Both the position numbers and the translations under genes were made by a program. This document shows positions 61,345 through 64,000 of a stretch of DNA of 64,000 nucleotides, in pieces (position 1 is the stretch's first letter; the number at the start of each line of letters is the position of its first letter). This DNA is from a bacterium (GTDB taxonomy: Bacteria > Bacteroidota > Ignavibacteria > UBA10030), in the NCBI GenBank assembly GCA_043803945.1, contig JAZDJN010000111.1, forward strand, positions 1-64,000. Reading direction: 5' to 3'. Below the pieces are notes generated by a model. That model made no database searches. It saw nothing but the letters and a program-made list of their open reading frames with translations, and was not told where the DNA came from.

Positions 61345-62753
61345 GGCACTTGCTCCTCTTGATATTCTTGAAATAGTAGATGATCTCGTTCTATGCTCTG
61401 GGCAAACGTTTCGCGATCGCGCATGAGGTGATGTGATCCGGCATTGACGCCAACGATTGCCGGACGGGCAAAACCAAACGACGATTCTAGTTGTGTGAAA
61501 TACGCCCCTGAGTCCATCACAGCGAGTATCTCCCCCGATCGAACAGGCGGCATCGGTTTATTTCGATATATGACATCTCCGGCAAAACAGGCGGGACCGA
61601 TAAGTGTGACTCGTTCCGTTCGTAATTTCGTGACATCATTGCAGAGAAACACTTCATGGTATTCATAGAACGTCGGCAGCGTTACGGTACTCACGCCGCC
61701 ATCTGTAATCAGCCATGTTCCCACCCCTTCGCGTGTCTTCATCCGATGGACTGTTAAGAGTAATAGTTGATTGGGGCTGACAATGCAGCGGCCGGGCTCA
61801 TACAGTAGTTCAGGCAATTCTCCGGTCGGAAACGATGAAATAACAGCATCCGAGATCGCACGAGTAAAATCAATAAAGTCTGACGAGTGTTTCTGCAGAT
61901 CCAGAGTTGGAAGTGTTCCAAATGCCTGGTAGAGCAACATTTCGAGAGAGTTGAACTCCCGACTCGTGCTGGAGGCGAATCCTCCTCCGACATCAAGCAC
62001 CCGGACACGCATGTCGTGATCTTGAATCCGTTCAAGAAGCGAGGGTAAACATCTTAATGCATTCACATAGTCGGCAGGACGGGTAATTCCCGTTCCGATA
62101 TGAAAATGGAGTCCACGAAACGAGAGACTGCGATTCTGCTCAAGCATCACCAGCGCATTTTCGATCTCGCTCCCTTTCAGGTCGAATCCGAATGCGCATC
62201 CTTTCCTGCTTCCTGTGGCTGATCCGTCATTCATCCCTTTGGGAACATAATCCGGATTAATCCGAAGGAGAATATTCACAGCCGCATCCTCCTGGTCGGC
62301 GATGCGCTGCAGCGCTTCAAGTTCCTCAAGAGAATCAACAATAATGAGCTTTGCTCCCGCACAGACACATTGGTGCAGAAACTCATCAGTTTTGCATGGC
62401 CCATTGACAATGATCTCCTCTTCCTGAAATCCTGCTTTCTGTGCCAATTCCAATTCGAAGGGCGTCATTACCTCCGCGTGCAATCCTGCCTGTTGAAGAA
62501 TGTGAATGACACCAGGTACACCGTTGCATTTAAACGGATAATGCACTGTTACTTTTCCCGGATAGCTTTGCTCGGCACTTTCGCGGAATTTGAGTGCAGT
62601 TTCATAAAGCCGTTGCTCGTGGACAATATGGAGTGGTGTTCCATACTCTTCTGCCAACGCGAGCGTCCGGATACCATCCATCACTAATTCACCTGCTTCG
62701 TTGGTTTGGAGTCCCCAGGCTTGAGGATGTATTGTTGTTGTCATGATCGTCAC
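61341..62753 (-). CDS. PLP-dependent decarboxylase, Orn/DAP/Arg (alanine-racemase fold) family
   Basis: YGTP, YPFKCN (PLP Lys), HFHIG, DVGGGF, EPGR, GPACFAGD, GAY. Confidence 0.88.
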   Translation of the reverse strand: MTIMTTTIHPQAWGLQTNEAGELVMDGIRTLALAEEYGTPLHIVHEQRLYETALKFRESAEQSYPGKVTVHYPFKCNGVPGVIHILQQAGLHAEVMTPFELELAQKAGFQEEEIIVNGPCKTDEFLHQCVCAGAKLIIVDSLEELEALQRIADQEDAAVNILLRINPDYVPKGMNDGSATGSRKGCAFGFDLKGSEIENALVMLEQNRSLSFRGLHFHIGTGITRPADYVNALRCLPSLLERIQDHDMRVRVLDVGGGFASSTSREFNSLEMLLYQAFGTLPTLDLQKHSSDFIDFTRAISDAVISSFPTGELPELLYEPGRCIVSPNQLLLLTVHRMKTREGVGTWLITDGGVSTVTLPTFYEYHEVFLCNDVTKLRTERVTLIGPACFAGDVIYRNKPMPPVRSGEILAVMDSGAYFTQLESSFGFARPAIVGVNAGSHHLMRDRETFAQSIERDHLLFQEYQEEQVP

Positions 62754-62781
62754 CTGTGAAAAATTTCTACTCCATAATACC

Positions 62782-63960
62782 TTATGAAACTCCTTCGGTT
62801 GTCACAGATTTGTCATGATGCTGTAAAACTCCCGTTGCCTGTTTCACCGCACAAAGCTCCTTCCGGTAGATGGCAAACTCCTTATCCCGTTCAAGACCAA
62901 GATGCTCGGCTGCACGAAGGGCGAGAAGATTCTCGTCGCTCATCCAGGTGGTTTCAAGAGTCTGGTAGTGCAATGCAATCTTCACCATCTCCTGTAAAAG
63001 GAGTCGATAGATACGTGAACCTTGATAATGCTTTTTAATACCCACAGCGTAGATGAGAAGGTTTCGTACACATCTTCGTTCCTGGAGAAAGCGGAAATAT
63101 TTCAGTGTACCTACACGGCCATCCAATTTTTTTAGGAGTGGATTGATATCCAACACACATTCAAGAACGCCCACCGGCTGGTGTTTATATTCCACAATGA
63201 TGATTAACTCCGGTAATGTCACCAGATCAAGATATTTTGCAGAGAAGTCATACTCTTCTTTACTGAGGGGGAGGAAATACCAGTTCTCCGAAAATGCATC
63301 GTTGAATACTTCCCGAATCCGTTCCAGCTCATTCTGTAAATCCTTTTTGTGAAATGTTCGGACGGTGAAGTCAGGTAATTTTTTTGACTCTAATAAGTCG
63401 CCATACCGACGACGAACATACCCGGCGATATCAGTATTTTTCCTGGTATGGAGGTTTTTAGAGACACGAAATCCAGCTTGTTCCATCAGCATCGGGTAGT
63501 AGGATGGATTATAGGGTTGGAAGAACGCAGGAGCGTCCCCGAACTTATTGATCTGCATCCCCAATTCAGAATAGTGATTGGGATTGAATGGCCCTTCGAG
63601 CGTATTGATTCCCTTCGCTCGACATAACTGTTCAACATGCTGAAACAGGTTGCAGACAGCGTGGATGTCATTGAAGGACTCAAAGAATCCAAAGAATGCC
63701 GTTCGTTGCCCGAATCGCTCCCAGTGTGAATGATTCACTACTACAGCACAACGCGAGACAGGCACATCGTCATGATAACAGACGACGAGACAGACTTCCC
63801 CCCGTGCAAAGTAGGGATTGCGCTCAGGATCGAGTACTCTGCGCACTTCCGAGTGAAGCGGTGGAATCCAGTTCTGATCCCCTTGATAAATCAATCGGGG
63901 AAGCTGCAGAAAATCGTTCATCGATCGACGATTGTCGACTCTTCGAGTAGTATAGGACAT
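62782..63960 (-). CDS. YghO-like tandem-GNAT N-acyltransferase (family includes bacterial ceramide synthase)
   Basis: F..LP..IY..D.NWIPPL, NPYF, FFGFFE, GPFNP, PYNP.YY, FNDAFSENW.F.P pattern. Confidence 0.75.
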   Translation of the reverse strand: MSYTTRRVDNRRSMNDFLQLPRLIYQGDQNWIPPLHSEVRRVLDPERNPYFARGEVCLVVCYHDDVPVSRCAVVVNHSHWERFGQRTAFFGFFESFNDIHAVCNLFQHVEQLCRAKGINTLEGPFNPNHYSELGMQINKFGDAPAFFQPYNPSYYPMLMEQAGFRVSKNLHTRKNTDIAGYVRRRYGDLLESKKLPDFTVRTFHKKDLQNELERIREVFNDAFSENWYFLPLSKEEYDFSAKYLDLVTLPELIIIVEYKHQPVGVLECVLDINPLLKKLDGRVGTLKYFRFLQERRCVRNLLIYAVGIKKHYQGSRIYRLLLQEMVKIALHYQTLETTWMSDENLLALRAAEHLGLERDKEFAIYRKELCAVKQATGVLQHHDKSVTTEGVS

Positions 63961-64000
63961 GGTGTGTGCTCTTTCGAAATTCGTTCAACGACATAGTTAT

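Noticed and set aside
425-63996. Many antisense or out-of-frame ORFs of 60-250 aa in the ORF track (e.g. 21524-22270, 35660-36268)
   Set aside because: They overlap well-supported genes and have no recognisable motifs; treated as shadow ORFs.
1-64000. CRISPR array, rRNA or tRNA genes
   Set aside because: No regularly spaced direct repeats and no recognisable rRNA or cloverleaf sequences were seen by eye.

Overview
Mostly housekeeping chromosome from a bacterium that looks like Ignavibacteria or a related FCB-group lineage. This is inferred from a T9SS-type C-terminal sorting domain, a Bacteroidota-type IlvC, and E. coli-like TTGNNN-17-TATATT promoters. Left to right: the 5' end of an IS1634-family element; ahpC; an M28 peptidase; rplM-rpsI-rpsB-tsf-pyrH-frr; an ilvD-ilvBN-ilvC-cimA-leuACDB operon with an unannotated Leu/Ile/Val-rich leader peptide; a 2-oxoacid dehydrogenase/lipoate cluster; smpB-tyrS-pdaD; dut/AI-2E/rsmI; an ECF sigma/anti-sigma pair; nuoA-F; tsaD-mltG-lipoprotein; and rpmB-pgsA-pgpA-cinA-thpR-recA-recX. 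Three accessory modules stand out. (1) An AT-rich three-gene cassette: DUF3467-like, HicB-like, HicA-like, a candidate tripartite toxin-antitoxin system. (2) A stand-alone ERCC4/XPF-type nuclease convergent with a YqhH-like SNF2 ATPase and a YqhG-like Zn-finger protein. (3) A partly decayed operon at the right edge: YghO/ceramide-synthase-like GNAT, an atypical PLP decarboxylase, a class II aldolase-fold protein, an FtsX-type ABC exporter, a frameshifted 5'-nucleotidase and an EEP-Omp85 fusion, possibly an undescribed aminolipid synthesis/export pathway. A family of intergenic REP/MITE-like inverted repeats recurs five times. No rRNA, tRNA or CRISPR array was seen. All protein family calls are by eye, from motifs; no database searches were run.
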